64,000 bases of DNA from Chthoniobacteraceae bacterium (GTDB lineage: Bacteria > Verrucomicrobiota > Verrucomicrobiia > Chthoniobacterales > Chthoniobacteraceae), in the NCBI GenBank assembly GCA_037190965.1, contig JBBCKI010000049.1:15908-79907 (forward strand), in the 5' to 3' direction. The notes under the pieces are model-generated. The model was given only the letters and a program-made list of their open reading frames with translations. It ran no database searches and had not been told where the DNA came from. The position numbers were made by a program, and so were the translations under genes. Shown here piece after piece: positions 30,479-39,738 of this stretch. Position 1 is the first letter of the stretch; each line of letters opens with the position of its first letter.

Positions 30479-31234
30479 TTATTGCGCTCCCTTTTCCACA
30501 AGAGCCTCCGTGATACTGGCGGCAACCTGCCGGGCCAGAATCACCGATCCATCCTTGCTGAAGTGCACACCATCGGCGGCCTGAATGGTCGCGATCTTTG
30601 GCAAGGCAAACGCATGCAGGTCGTCCACCCGCACCCCGTTTTCCTCCATGACTCTCTTTGCGGCCTCGTTATAGAGGATTTCCGCCCGGGCATCGCGACG
30701 GAACCTCCCCTGCGTCTCATGCACCAGGGGCGTCGTTGTCGCAAAGACCAATACTGCCCCCGTCTCTTTCAGGCGGGCGACAAGAGTACGCAGGTTCTTC
30801 TCATACTGTTCAACGGTGACGTTCTGCTTGCCGCTGTCCAGATACTTCAGATCGTGCATCCCCCAGTTGAAGTGAATGACGTCCCACTTCTCCTTGCCAA
30901 GCCATGAGGCAAGATTCCGAAGGCCGGAACGGGTCGATCCGCAGTTGGTCGGCGGCCGATGGACATTCGCCTTTCCCTCCAGGGCCTTACGGGTTGGGAT
31001 GGTGTAGCCCATGGAAATAGAGTCGCCGATCAGAAGCACCCTGGGCAGGCCGGGCGTATCCTGGATGGGAACCAGGGATGGCGAACTATATTCGATTTCC
31101 GTCGCTTCATCCACGGCGGGTGATTCGACGGGCGGTGTTTTCCCACCACAAACACCGATGCCGAGGGCGGCAACTGCAAGGAAGCAAACCCATTTTCTTG
31201 TGCGAAAAAAGAAGCTCTGCGTATTGAGATTCAT
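30479..31234 (-). CDS. SGNH/GDSL hydrolase
   Basis: LIGDSIS, FNWGMHD, DGVHF. Confidence 0.9.
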   Translation of the reverse strand: MNLNTQSFFFRTRKWVCFLAVAALGIGVCGGKTPPVESPAVDEATEIEYSSPSLVPIQDTPGLPRVLLIGDSISMGYTIPTRKALEGKANVHRPPTNCGSTRSGLRNLASWLGKEKWDVIHFNWGMHDLKYLDSGKQNVTVEQYEKNLRTLVARLKETGAVLVFATTTPLVHETQGRFRRDARAEILYNEAAKRVMEENGVRVDDLHAFALPKIATIQAADGVHFSKDGSVILARQVAASITEALVEKGAQ

Positions 31235-31258
31235 ATTCAATTATCTATTGATCGAAGA

Positions 31259-31846
31259 CTAGGGTTTTGCGGCCGCTGGCTCCCCGGCCACAGCGGGCAG
31301 AACCAATCCAGGCAACTGTTTAACGGCGCGAGGAAAGAGCACGGTCACCTTCTGCAAAGGCCTTTTACCATCCTCTCCGGTCGGCAGGGGCGGAGGCGCT
31401 TTGAAACAAACCGCCATCTGAATCCACCCGCCTGGTCCGAGAGTGGTCATCATCGCGTTCGGCCCAAAATACGGTTTTGAAGGAAGAGTGGACAGGGCAG
31501 CAAATTCCTGGCGGGTGGCTTCATCGACCAGGCGCGCCGATGCCAGGCTGAATGCCCGGGGGAGTTCCTCATCGTCTTCCATCATCCCCTTGGCGGACTT
31601 CGAGGTCCTGACGTGGCGGCGACGCTTGGTCTCTTTTGGAAGATCGCCAATCATTACCGGCTCGGTCAATGTCTCGTCCGACTTCAGGCGAATCACCATC
31701 AGAACATGGGAATCATCCAGCCGCTTGATGTCAAAGACCTGAAGTTTGACGCCAGGCCAGGTCGTCGGCACTTCCCTACTCTCCTCGGCAAGCAGGGAAA
31801 CGCTCAGGAGAACCGAGAGCAAAATTGGGAGCAATGAAGACTTCAT
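31259..31846 (-). CDS. Secreted hypothetical protein directly after Verru_Chthon A
   Basis: Signal peptide MKSSLLPILLSVLLSVSLLA; starts 2 nt after the cassette A stop. Confidence 0.7.
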   Translation of the reverse strand: MKSSLLPILLSVLLSVSLLAEESREVPTTWPGVKLQVFDIKRLDDSHVLMVIRLKSDETLTEPVMIGDLPKETKRRRHVRTSKSAKGMMEDDEELPRAFSLASARLVDEATRQEFAALSTLPSKPYFGPNAMMTTLGPGGWIQMAVCFKAPPPLPTGEDGKRPLQKVTVLFPRAVKQLPGLVLPAVAGEPAAAKP

Positions 31847-31848
31847 AT

Positions 31849-34800
31849 TCAGTTAGTAAGCTCTTTCATGAAAACAACCCGGTACTTGTGGGGCAGCGGG
31901 TAAGTCATCGTCGGTGGAACGCCGGAACCGGTCCCCTTATCGAGATAGCGTTCCACCAGGAACTGCATCCGCGACTCGCCGACGATGAAATCGCTCGCCT
32001 CGACCTGATTGTAATTGGTGTTGCTCGGTTTCTTCTTCACTGTCTGGCCCACCGCCCACACCGTGAACGTATTGCTCCGCGTGGTCGTGTTCCCCACAAC
32101 CCGCCGGACAAGGTCATTGCGCGACTGCGCCGAAGCGTCAACCCCCTTGTAAAGAAAGTCGGCCACCTCCGGAACGTTGCAGATCTCGCCCGGCATCATG
32201 AGCGGCCGGTTCAGGCCGGAAATATATTGATGAATGGCCGCCGCAATCGCCGCCTCATCGACGGATGTCGTTCCCGGATTGTCGGACTTTTCCGTGGAGA
32301 CTTCCTGGCCCTTCAACAACCCCTCCATCGGCCTCGTGCGCGCGATTGAACCCGTAGGAAGCACCGGCGGGTTCGGGTTGACGCGGCCCGAGGTCGCTCC
32401 ATCAAAGGTCAGGTTGACATAAGGAGGAGCGGGACTACCCAGCGGCTGCAACGTCGCGGGCACTGTAAAGAGATCGAGCATCGCCCAATCCGGATAGCTA
32501 ACTCCTCCATCGGTCTTTTGGCTGGAATGCGTCGAAGGGGCAAAGTTGAGCATCCGGAACGGAGTCCCCTTCTGCTCCGCCAGAGGCTTGCTGTCGTAGG
32601 TCTTGTCGGGCATCATCCCCGTGCGGATATATTGAAGATATCCTGCCGATGGAAACCGCTGATTTTTCGGGATGGTGGCATCCTGCTGAGGCCACCAGAT
32701 TGAGAGCGGATCGGCGCCATTTGACGCCTGGGAAGCGGTATTCCGCCCCCCGGTCTCATCCTTATAATACGTTGGTGCCGCCCCAACGGTGGCAGGGGGA
32801 GAAGGACGCGTCATCGTGATCTCCGAACCTCCGACTTTGGCAATCCAATCCCCCGGCATGCTGTTGACCCAAGGATCGGCAACCTGAAAGTGCACGGTCA
32901 CGCTGCCCGGAACCGGCACGACAAGCCCCTTGGGCATCGGAATTACCGCCTGGAGAAGTTCCCCCTTGATGTCGCTGATCGACTCTCCCGTATAGAATGG
33001 CCCCCGAATGCTGTCCAAAGGCACGGGCTCGATGTTGTAGCCTTTATCCGGGCCCGTGCCCCTCGTTGCCCAGACGGTAAGTCCCCCGGAAATCCGGAAC
33101 TCCGTAACACCGGGTTTGGAGGGATAGAAGGACGTCGAATACTGATTGGTCTGGCAGTGATACTCCCCCAAACCCCAGAGCGGGTTCGCCGTGGAATTCA
33201 CCAGGTTCCAGCACATCTTGAACGGCGAAGCAGGACTGCCCGACAGGGGACCCGCACCCATATATTTTCCCGCGTTAGAGCCCGTGGTTTGCAGGGTCCA
33301 GGGGTGATAGGCAGCCGCCTTTACCTGATCGGGATCGGGGCTATTCTTAGGATTTCCGAAAAGGTCAACCCCCGCGGGCGTATCGTTCTGGTCCTGAATC
33401 ACCAAAAGGTTGTCCATCCAATAGCCGCCAAGCGGGGCCTCTTTGATCTCCCAGGTACCGGTGCCTGAATTTTTCTCCAGCGGGACATCCATATAGTTCA
33501 GATGAGAATTGGTCGATTCGGCTCCGAATCGAAACAGGCCGGCTCCGCCATTTTCATAAGGGTCCGCGAGCGGATATCCTTTGTATTCCTTGGGAAAATA
33601 CCATTCCGCGTCGATCCGGATACTGATCTGCGCCGCCTCGATTCCGGGTTTCGGGGAAAAAGGGGCGGCGGTGAATTCGACAACAATTTCAGTGAGCCGA
33701 GGCCCCCTGGCCAAGCCCCTCACCGGCTTGCCGCTCAGCCATCCCTTGCCTAGAACCATGGGAAGCGTCGTCGCCCGGTACTGGTCGCCAAAAGTGCCCC
33801 GCTTCATCAACGAGAGGATCTGCAACGCGATGGAATCGATCTGGCGGTCGGTGTACTTACCCGCAAATCCATTGGAGCCGGCGCCCGGAAAAACCGGCCA
33901 TGCGAGGGCGTTGCCCTGGCTGTCGAATCCCTTCAGGTACTGGCAAATCCGATACCCGAGGTCGTAATCCGTATCGCCCGCCTTAAAGTTCTGGTTATCC
34001 AGTCCCCTCTGAAAAGTAAACGTCTGCGGCAGCGGGGCGTTTGTTTTATCGAACTTCGGCAGTTGGGAGCTTGCGGGGTAAACCTGCGCCAGCGGAAGGC
34101 CCTTCGGTTCCCCGGGAGGGACCCCGACGCCCTTGTAGTCATAGTCACCTAGAGCCGCGTTGTAGATAATTCCATCCGAAGTCCCCGTCCTCACCGTCGC
34201 CAGATAGATCTTCGGCTCGCCGAAGAAATTCAGTTCCGGCGAACGATTGTAGTGAGTGACGGCGAAATTATTGTCGTCGTAGAGCGAAGTCGCCGCCCCC
34301 GGCAGTTGAAGCAGTTCCCCGGGGCTGTTGAACTGCCGGGGTTCGGAAACCGCCGGGTCGTAGTGGATTCGGGTGCGGGAGGCGATCGCCTTTGCCAGTG
34401 TGGCTGAAATCGCGGACGCACCCTCTCTCAGGACTTCGAGACTGACGTCGGCGGGAGTGCCGCTGCCATATGAGTCCGGGGTCGATTTGTCGGTCCCATT
34501 GGCGGTATTGACGTTGATCTTGGCCGTCTCATCGTCCACCCAAAATGCATAGCGTCCGACCACTTTGTTTGTGGCGCTGGCTGCCGCAGACGGCGTTTCC
34601 AGCACATTGTTCCACTGCACCGCCATCTGGGGGGCGCTTCCGCCGACCGACTGGCCGGAGGCAATCGGATATCTCCCTCCGAAGGAGATCTGGTTGAGAT
34701 CCACCGTCGTCGCTCCGACATTGGTGCTGGTGGTATACAGAATCCGGCTCGAACTCGTATCGACACTCCCGTCGGAAGCATTGAAAACGGTGATCTTCCC

Positions 34801-35049
34801 CGGCTGGGACGACCAGAACTTGCCATTGGCGCTCCCATTCTCCGTCGCCTCCCGGATCAGCCCGATGGCATGATCGGCGGCCATTTCGGCAAAGGAACGA
34901 GCCTGCAACGACTCGAAGTTGTTGCGGGCGGATGCGCGTTCCAACCGCATCACCGCGACAAATCCCACCGCAAGAATAGTGACGATGACTAGCACGGCGA
35001 GCGTGATGATCAGGGCCACGCCTTTTCTGGGAGTCGGAAGCGGTTTCAT
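31849..35049 (-). CDS. Verru_Chthon cassette protein A (large PilX-like pilin)
   Basis: KGVALIITLAVLVIVTIL, WSSQPG, GRYAFWVDDETAKINVNTA, TTRSNTFTV, VGESR..FLVERY. The ATG at 35049 overlaps the upstream stop (ATGA). Confidence 0.88.
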   Translation of the reverse strand: MKPLPTPRKGVALIITLAVLVIVTILAVGFVAVMRLERASARNNFESLQARSFAEMAADHAIGLIREATENGSANGKFWSSQPGKITVFNASDGSVDTSSSRILYTTSTNVGATTVDLNQISFGGRYPIASGQSVGGSAPQMAVQWNNVLETPSAAASATNKVVGRYAFWVDDETAKINVNTANGTDKSTPDSYGSGTPADVSLEVLREGASAISATLAKAIASRTRIHYDPAVSEPRQFNSPGELLQLPGAATSLYDDNNFAVTHYNRSPELNFFGEPKIYLATVRTGTSDGIIYNAALGDYDYKGVGVPPGEPKGLPLAQVYPASSQLPKFDKTNAPLPQTFTFQRGLDNQNFKAGDTDYDLGYRICQYLKGFDSQGNALAWPVFPGAGSNGFAGKYTDRQIDSIALQILSLMKRGTFGDQYRATTLPMVLGKGWLSGKPVRGLARGPRLTEIVVEFTAAPFSPKPGIEAAQISIRIDAEWYFPKEYKGYPLADPYENGGAGLFRFGAESTNSHLNYMDVPLEKNSGTGTWEIKEAPLGGYWMDNLLVIQDQNDTPAGVDLFGNPKNSPDPDQVKAAAYHPWTLQTTGSNAGKYMGAGPLSGSPASPFKMCWNLVNSTANPLWGLGEYHCQTNQYSTSFYPSKPGVTEFRISGGLTVWATRGTGPDKGYNIEPVPLDSIRGPFYTGESISDIKGELLQAVIPMPKGLVVPVPGSVTVHFQVADPWVNSMPGDWIAKVGGSEITMTRPSPPATVGAAPTYYKDETGGRNTASQASNGADPLSIWWPQQDATIPKNQRFPSAGYLQYIRTGMMPDKTYDSKPLAEQKGTPFRMLNFAPSTHSSQKTDGGVSYPDWAMLDLFTVPATLQPLGSPAPPYVNLTFDGATSGRVNPNPPVLPTGSIARTRPMEGLLKGQEVSTEKSDNPGTTSVDEAAIAAAIHQYISGLNRPLMMPGEICNVPEVADFLYKGVDASAQSRNDLVRRVVGNTTTRSNTFTVWAVGQTVKKKPSNTNYNQVEASDFIVGESRMQFLVERYLDKGTGSGVPPTMTYPLPHKYRVVFMKELTN

Positions 35050-36002
35050 GGGACGGAGGTTTGCAGATAAACTTTCGTGGAATAGCACTGAGCTCCTCGC
35101 CTGATTCCTTCGGGAAGGCCCGAGATGAAACTCTGGATATCCTGGTAAAATGTCTCGGGACCGGCGGCCGAAGCGACGATGGGAGCGGCAATCTGCTGGG
35201 CCGCGGCGGTTTCGATGGTGACCAACGCGATCTCCACAACGGGGGGTAACGCCGGCGCGGAGTGGATGATGCCGTTCGAATCGGTGAAGCCGAGCCTCGA
35301 ATCGAACCCATACCCACCGTTGATCTTCTGGCCTCCAGCCGTTGTGGTGATCGGGTTGCCGCTCGCATCGAGCACACGGACCCAAAGAGCGATCACGTTA
35401 TCGGCGAACCATCCCTTGTAATTCCCGGGGGAACCGGGAGCGACGGTCGAAATGTTTGAAAGCCAGTTCACCGGCTTTCCTGAATCATTCTCATAAATCA
35501 GATAGTTGGCGGCGTCGGTGGAATCAACATAGTACCGGCAGAGTTCGGGTTGGGCCACGCCCGGCTTTGGGCTGTTCCAGCGCACGAAATAGCCGACGCA
35601 AGCGATATCCCCCTTCCCTCCCTCCCGGCCCGTGGGCGCCTGCCAGAAGATGCCGTGCGGATTGAGCAACCCCGTGGGAACAACCGTGTCTCCGCCCGAA
35701 TTTTCCGGGAGGTTGGCGATCATCTGAAGATTGGCGGGCGCGACCGTTGCCCCGGCGGAAATTAGTTGTGAAGAACCGGCCGGTACTGCCGACATTCGTA
35801 ATTCGCGGGCAATGAACTGCAGGAGCGCGCGGCCGTTGGAACGCCGCTGGTTCTGGCTGTCGCCTTCACGCCATAGCCTTCCGGTCTGGCTGCTTAGGCT
35901 CACCAGCATCACCATGAGGCCGACGAGTGTCGCCATCGAAACCAGCAGCTCCACGAGTGTGAACCCGCGACCCGCGATTATTCTTGAACGATATCTATTC
36001 AC
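35046..36002 (-). CDS. Verru_Chthon cassette protein C (PilW/GspJ-like pilin)
   Basis: GFTLVELLVSM, HGIFWQAP, VGYFV, ADNVIAL, LPPVVEIALVTI. Confidence 0.88.
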   Translation of the reverse strand: MNRYRSRIIAGRGFTLVELLVSMATLVGLMVMLVSLSSQTGRLWREGDSQNQRRSNGRALLQFIARELRMSAVPAGSSQLISAGATVAPANLQMIANLPENSGGDTVVPTGLLNPHGIFWQAPTGREGGKGDIACVGYFVRWNSPKPGVAQPELCRYYVDSTDAANYLIYENDSGKPVNWLSNISTVAPGSPGNYKGWFADNVIALWVRVLDASGNPITTTAGGQKINGGYGFDSRLGFTDSNGIIHSAPALPPVVEIALVTIETAAAQQIAAPIVASAAGPETFYQDIQSFISGLPEGIRRGAQCYSTKVYLQTSVP

Positions 36003-36474
36003 GGTTTGAAAGACTAAGCTGGACCGTACGCTTCTGCCGGTTGGCTTCGGGAGCGGCGAGAGGCCACGAAATCTGGAGCTTCAAAAAGAGGACGTTCGAC
36101 GCAGGCAGCGCAGCCGGAGAGGAGCGGATCACCGTACAGGCGTACAGGGTGTTGGCATCCGCGGTTCCCGCCCCATTGGCCGAGCCCGCCCCCGTGGCGT
36201 CGTAATAGAAATCAGGAGTCGTGTTTGCGGGGGCGTAATTGGTGTTGGCGTTGACCTTCGTGAACCCTTCCATCCGGAGCGATGTCGAGACGTGCTGGAC
36301 TATCAGGCCGACGGCGATGTCGTCGGCGGATTCCCGGTTTGCTTTGATCCCCACGGACATGAGGCCGAGAATGGAGATCAACACGAAAGCGACGATGCCG
36401 ACCGCCAGCACGACTTCGACAAGGCTGAACGCCTTGTCTTTCCGACGCAACTTGCGGTTCACCGGTGTTCTCAT
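35995..36474 (-). CDS. Verru_Chthon cassette protein B (PilV/GspI-like pilin)
   Basis: AFSLVEVVLAVGIVAFVLISILGLMSVG, FYYDATG. Confidence 0.88.
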   Translation of the reverse strand: MRTPVNRKLRRKDKAFSLVEVVLAVGIVAFVLISILGLMSVGIKANRESADDIAVGLIVQHVSTSLRMEGFTKVNANTNYAPANTTPDFYYDATGAGSANGAGTADANTLYACTVIRSSPAALPASNVLFLKLQISWPLAAPEANRQKRTVQLSLSNRE

Positions 36475-37118
36475 GGCCTCACGACTTTGACGCGTCCCGT
36501 CGCGTCGTTGATGATGATTTTCAAATAGTTGGCCCCGTTGCCAATGTAGGAAACACCCGAGCTCTCCGCGACCCCCGCAACCAGTTTCACCGAGCAGCCG
36601 GGGCTTTGATAGAGGCTCCCGCTCGGAAGAAAAACGAGGTAGCCGTAATCGGTTTTCGGGGCATAGGCCTTTGCCTTGTAGGTCAGCGATGGCAACGCCG
36701 GGGAGACGGCGGGAGTGGTTCCCGGCGAAAAGGCGCGGGGCAAGTTAACGTCGTAATCGGCATCGTCGAGCTTGGATACCACGCCGTTGGGAAGGAGTTC
36801 CCAGCTTGATACCGGCTTCCAGGTGGCGGCCGTGCTTCCGCTGGCGGGAATGTATTGCAACGAGATGAATACCCTGCCTGCGGCTTCCCCATTGGCCGAG
36901 AGCATCGCCACGGCCGTCGGTTGCCGTTTGAGGACGGCGTTCTCCCGGGCGGATTCCAGGAAGCCCGCGAGGCGGCTGCCGCCCGTCGAAATCGAAGCGG
37001 CCGACGTACTGCCGCCGATGCTCACCGTCACAACGCTGGCAATGACTCCGATGATCGCGATGACCATCAAGAGTTCCACCAAAGTGAATGCGCGATGAAT
37101 GCGGAAGGAATGGTTCAT
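36471..37118 (-). CDS. Verru_Chthon cassette protein D (FimT/GspH-like pilin)
   Basis: AFTLVELLMVIAIIGVI, L..AR..A, F.PSGS, I.I...TGRVKV.RP. Confidence 0.85.
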   Translation of the reverse strand: MNHSFRIHRAFTLVELLMVIAIIGVIASVVTVSIGGSTSAASISTGGSRLAGFLESARENAVLKRQPTAVAMLSANGEAAGRVFISLQYIPASGSTAATWKPVSSWELLPNGVVSKLDDADYDVNLPRAFSPGTTPAVSPALPSLTYKAKAYAPKTDYGYLVFLPSGSLYQSPGCSVKLVAGVAESSGVSYIGNGANYLKIIINDATGRVKVVRP

Positions 37119-38434
37119 GATTCTACCCTTTGATTGGCGGCTTTACCCAGCCACGGCCGAAGCAGCAGGAACAGCGAGAGCGCTGCGAGAGGATGAAGGA
37201 CCGCCGCAAGGCCAAACGCAGAGGAATACCCAAACGCGGCAATCGTGAAGCCGAGGAGTTGAGCGAAAAGCATTCCCCCCAGCCCTCCCGCAGTGCCCAT
37301 CATCCCCATGACGGTGCCGGTCGCGGAACGATCTGAAAGATCGGCTGCCAGCGTGGCTATATTGGTCGCCCATGCCTGGCAAAGAAACGTAATCAGGCAG
37401 GTGATCGCGATGGCGCCCGCTGTGCTCTGGATCGTCCCGACCAGCGCGCCGAAAGGTGCCAGCACCCCAACCATGGCCAGGACGGCGAACCGTGCGCGAG
37501 GGGTGGCCCAACCGCGACGGATCAGCGCGTCCGACATGGCGCCGCCCGCGATATTCCCCAAGTCGGCGAAAAGAAACGGAATCCAGCCGTAAATACCGAT
37601 CTCGACGAGGCTAAGATGGCGGATGCGCTGGAAATAGTCGGGAAGCCAGAATAGATAGAAGTACCAAACCGGATCGCTGGCAAACCGGGGCAAGACCAGC
37701 CCCCAGACTTTTCGTTGCCGCAAGAGCACCTTCCACGGCTGGCGCTCCCCTGCGGGCGCTTCCTCCGCAAGCATTGCCCGCTCCTCCTGCGTAAGCGCAG
37801 GATGCTTCTCGGGGCTGCGGTAAATCCAAAGCCACAAAGGCACCCAAACCAAGCCGATCAAACCCGGGAGGATAAACGCCACCCGCCATCCCCATTTCAG
37901 CGCGAGCCAGGCTACCAATGGGGTGGCCACGATGGCGCCAATCGAAACACCCGAGGAGAATATCCCCGTCGCGAGGGCTCGCATGCGGCGGGGGAACCAC
38001 TCTCCGCAAACTTTCAGCCCCGCCGGAAAAATTCCGGGCTCCCCGATCCCGAGCAAAAATCGGAACGCACCAAGGCTGAACGGCCCTCTCGCCACGGCCG
38101 TCAACATGGTCGCCACAGACCACCAGAGAACGCAGGCCGTCGCCCCGAACCGGGCGCCGAACCGGTCAATCATCCGTCCCGACACGGTGTACATCACCAG
38201 ATACGACAGGAGAAAGGCCGAGACGATGTTGGAGTAGTCGGATTCACTCAAACCGAACTCCTCCCGCAAGATCGGGCTTAATACAGACAAGGTCTGCCGG
38301 TCGATGTAGTTGATGGCGGTAGCCAAAAACAAAAGCCCGACAATGACCCAGCGGACACGCCCATAGGTCATCCAACCTCTCTGCGAACCAGACGGCTGGT
38401 CCTTCAATGCATCAACTGATTGGGGGGAGGACAT
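37115..38434 (-). CDS. MFS transporter, ACS/ExuT (hexuronate/sugar-acid) type
   Basis: RWVIVGLLFLATAINYIDRQTLSVL, RFLLGIGE, EWFP..RA.A.GIF, DPVWYFYLFWLP. Confidence 0.92.
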   Translation of the reverse strand: MSSPQSVDALKDQPSGSQRGWMTYGRVRWVIVGLLFLATAINYIDRQTLSVLSPILREEFGLSESDYSNIVSAFLLSYLVMYTVSGRMIDRFGARFGATACVLWWSVATMLTAVARGPFSLGAFRFLLGIGEPGIFPAGLKVCGEWFPRRMRALATGIFSSGVSIGAIVATPLVAWLALKWGWRVAFILPGLIGLVWVPLWLWIYRSPEKHPALTQEERAMLAEEAPAGERQPWKVLLRQRKVWGLVLPRFASDPVWYFYLFWLPDYFQRIRHLSLVEIGIYGWIPFLFADLGNIAGGAMSDALIRRGWATPRARFAVLAMVGVLAPFGALVGTIQSTAGAIAITCLITFLCQAWATNIATLAADLSDRSATGTVMGMMGTAGGLGGMLFAQLLGFTIAAFGYSSAFGLAAVLHPLAALSLFLLLRPWLGKAANQRVES

Positions 38435-38435
38435 G

Positions 38436-39737
38436 CTAAAGAACCTGGGCGGATTTCAAGCAAGGCGCAGAGACGATCGCCCCCTGCGATTGCAATATCT
38501 TCCTTAATTCGACGATGTCCAATACTCTCAACGAGATGCCTTTACGACTGGCGAGTGCAGCCGCCACCCCGGCCGCCTGACCCGTTGCCAACGAGGTCCC
38601 CGGCACACGAGTCGAGCCGTGCGCCCTGTGCGTCGTAGAGATCGGCTTGCCTGCGACAAGGAGCCCTTCCAACCCGGAAGGCAATAGACATCGGAAGGGA
38701 ATTTCGTACGGTTCAGGCGGACTTTCTTTGTGAGGATGCACCCCGACGAATCCATTGCTGGGGTGGATATCGACAGGCCACGCGCCGACCGCGATCGAAT
38801 CGGCGAAGCTCTTCCGACTCCAGATATCTTCCTCAGTCAGCGTGTAGTCGCCGACGATCTTGCGACTTTCACGGATATGCACCTGCGAAGCTCCCGAAAG
38901 GATATAGCTTTGGGACAGCTCCGGAACCCGCCCGCGCAGAATCTGCCAGGTTTTTAGCATCCCTTCGCGGCCTTGAATCTCGGCGGCCGTGATATCCTCG
39001 GGGTTCACGGGATTGCCATAGAGCCGCGTCGTATTGGCGGAGATTTCACCATTGGCGAGGCGAATAATCCAGGGGCCGCCATAGATACCGATCTCACCCT
39101 CCTCATGGGCCCGCTTCATGGCTTTCCCGCAGATCTCCTCCCATTGGTCCCAGGTATGATCCCCCGCCACATTGCCGAGGCGGAAATGGTAGGTCATCGG
39201 CTGGAGGTCGGGGGCCACCTCGAAGGGAGCACCGGCGTAGTAAGCAATCTCGGCATCCCCCGTTCCATCAATCACCACGGAACCGTAAAACCGCGCCCGG
39301 CCATCCCGCAGGCTGGCTTCGACGCCGGTGACTCTCCCCTCGCTCGTCAGGGCGTTGCAAACCGTGGCGTAATAGACCACGGTCACGCCAACCCGCGCGA
39401 GCAGGCGGTCGATGGCGATTTTGTGCATCTCAGGATGAACCGTGAGTGCCTCCGGGGGATTATCCCCAACCGCCAGTCCGCCGATGTCGGCGATCTCCGC
39501 AAGAAGATCCTGGGCGAAACCGCCCGCGACAATATCATCGTAGTTACTACAGCTTTTGATGGCGTCGAAGGTATGGATCATCGCCGCGGTCATGATCCCT
39601 CCGCAGAATCCATACCGTTCCAGGAGCAGAGTCGAGGCTCCGGCCTTTGCCGCGCCGTAAGCCGCGGCTGTGCCCGCGCTCCCGCCGCCGCAAACCACCA
39701 CATCGTAACACTTTCCGTCAAGTTTACTTAACTTCAT
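38436..39737 (-). CDS. FAD-dependent oxidoreductase (FAD_oxidored family)
   Basis: DVVVCGGGSAG, IDGTGDAE, RESRKIVGDY, PYEIPFRCL.P, GQAAGVAA. Confidence 0.9.
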   Translation of the reverse strand: MKLSKLDGKCYDVVVCGGGSAGTAAAYGAAKAGASTLLLERYGFCGGIMTAAMIHTFDAIKSCSNYDDIVAGGFAQDLLAEIADIGGLAVGDNPPEALTVHPEMHKIAIDRLLARVGVTVVYYATVCNALTSEGRVTGVEASLRDGRARFYGSVVIDGTGDAEIAYYAGAPFEVAPDLQPMTYHFRLGNVAGDHTWDQWEEICGKAMKRAHEEGEIGIYGGPWIIRLANGEISANTTRLYGNPVNPEDITAAEIQGREGMLKTWQILRGRVPELSQSYILSGASQVHIRESRKIVGDYTLTEEDIWSRKSFADSIAVGAWPVDIHPSNGFVGVHPHKESPPEPYEIPFRCLLPSGLEGLLVAGKPISTTHRAHGSTRVPGTSLATGQAAGVAAALASRKGISLRVLDIVELRKILQSQGAIVSAPCLKSAQVL

Positions 39738-39738
39738 A

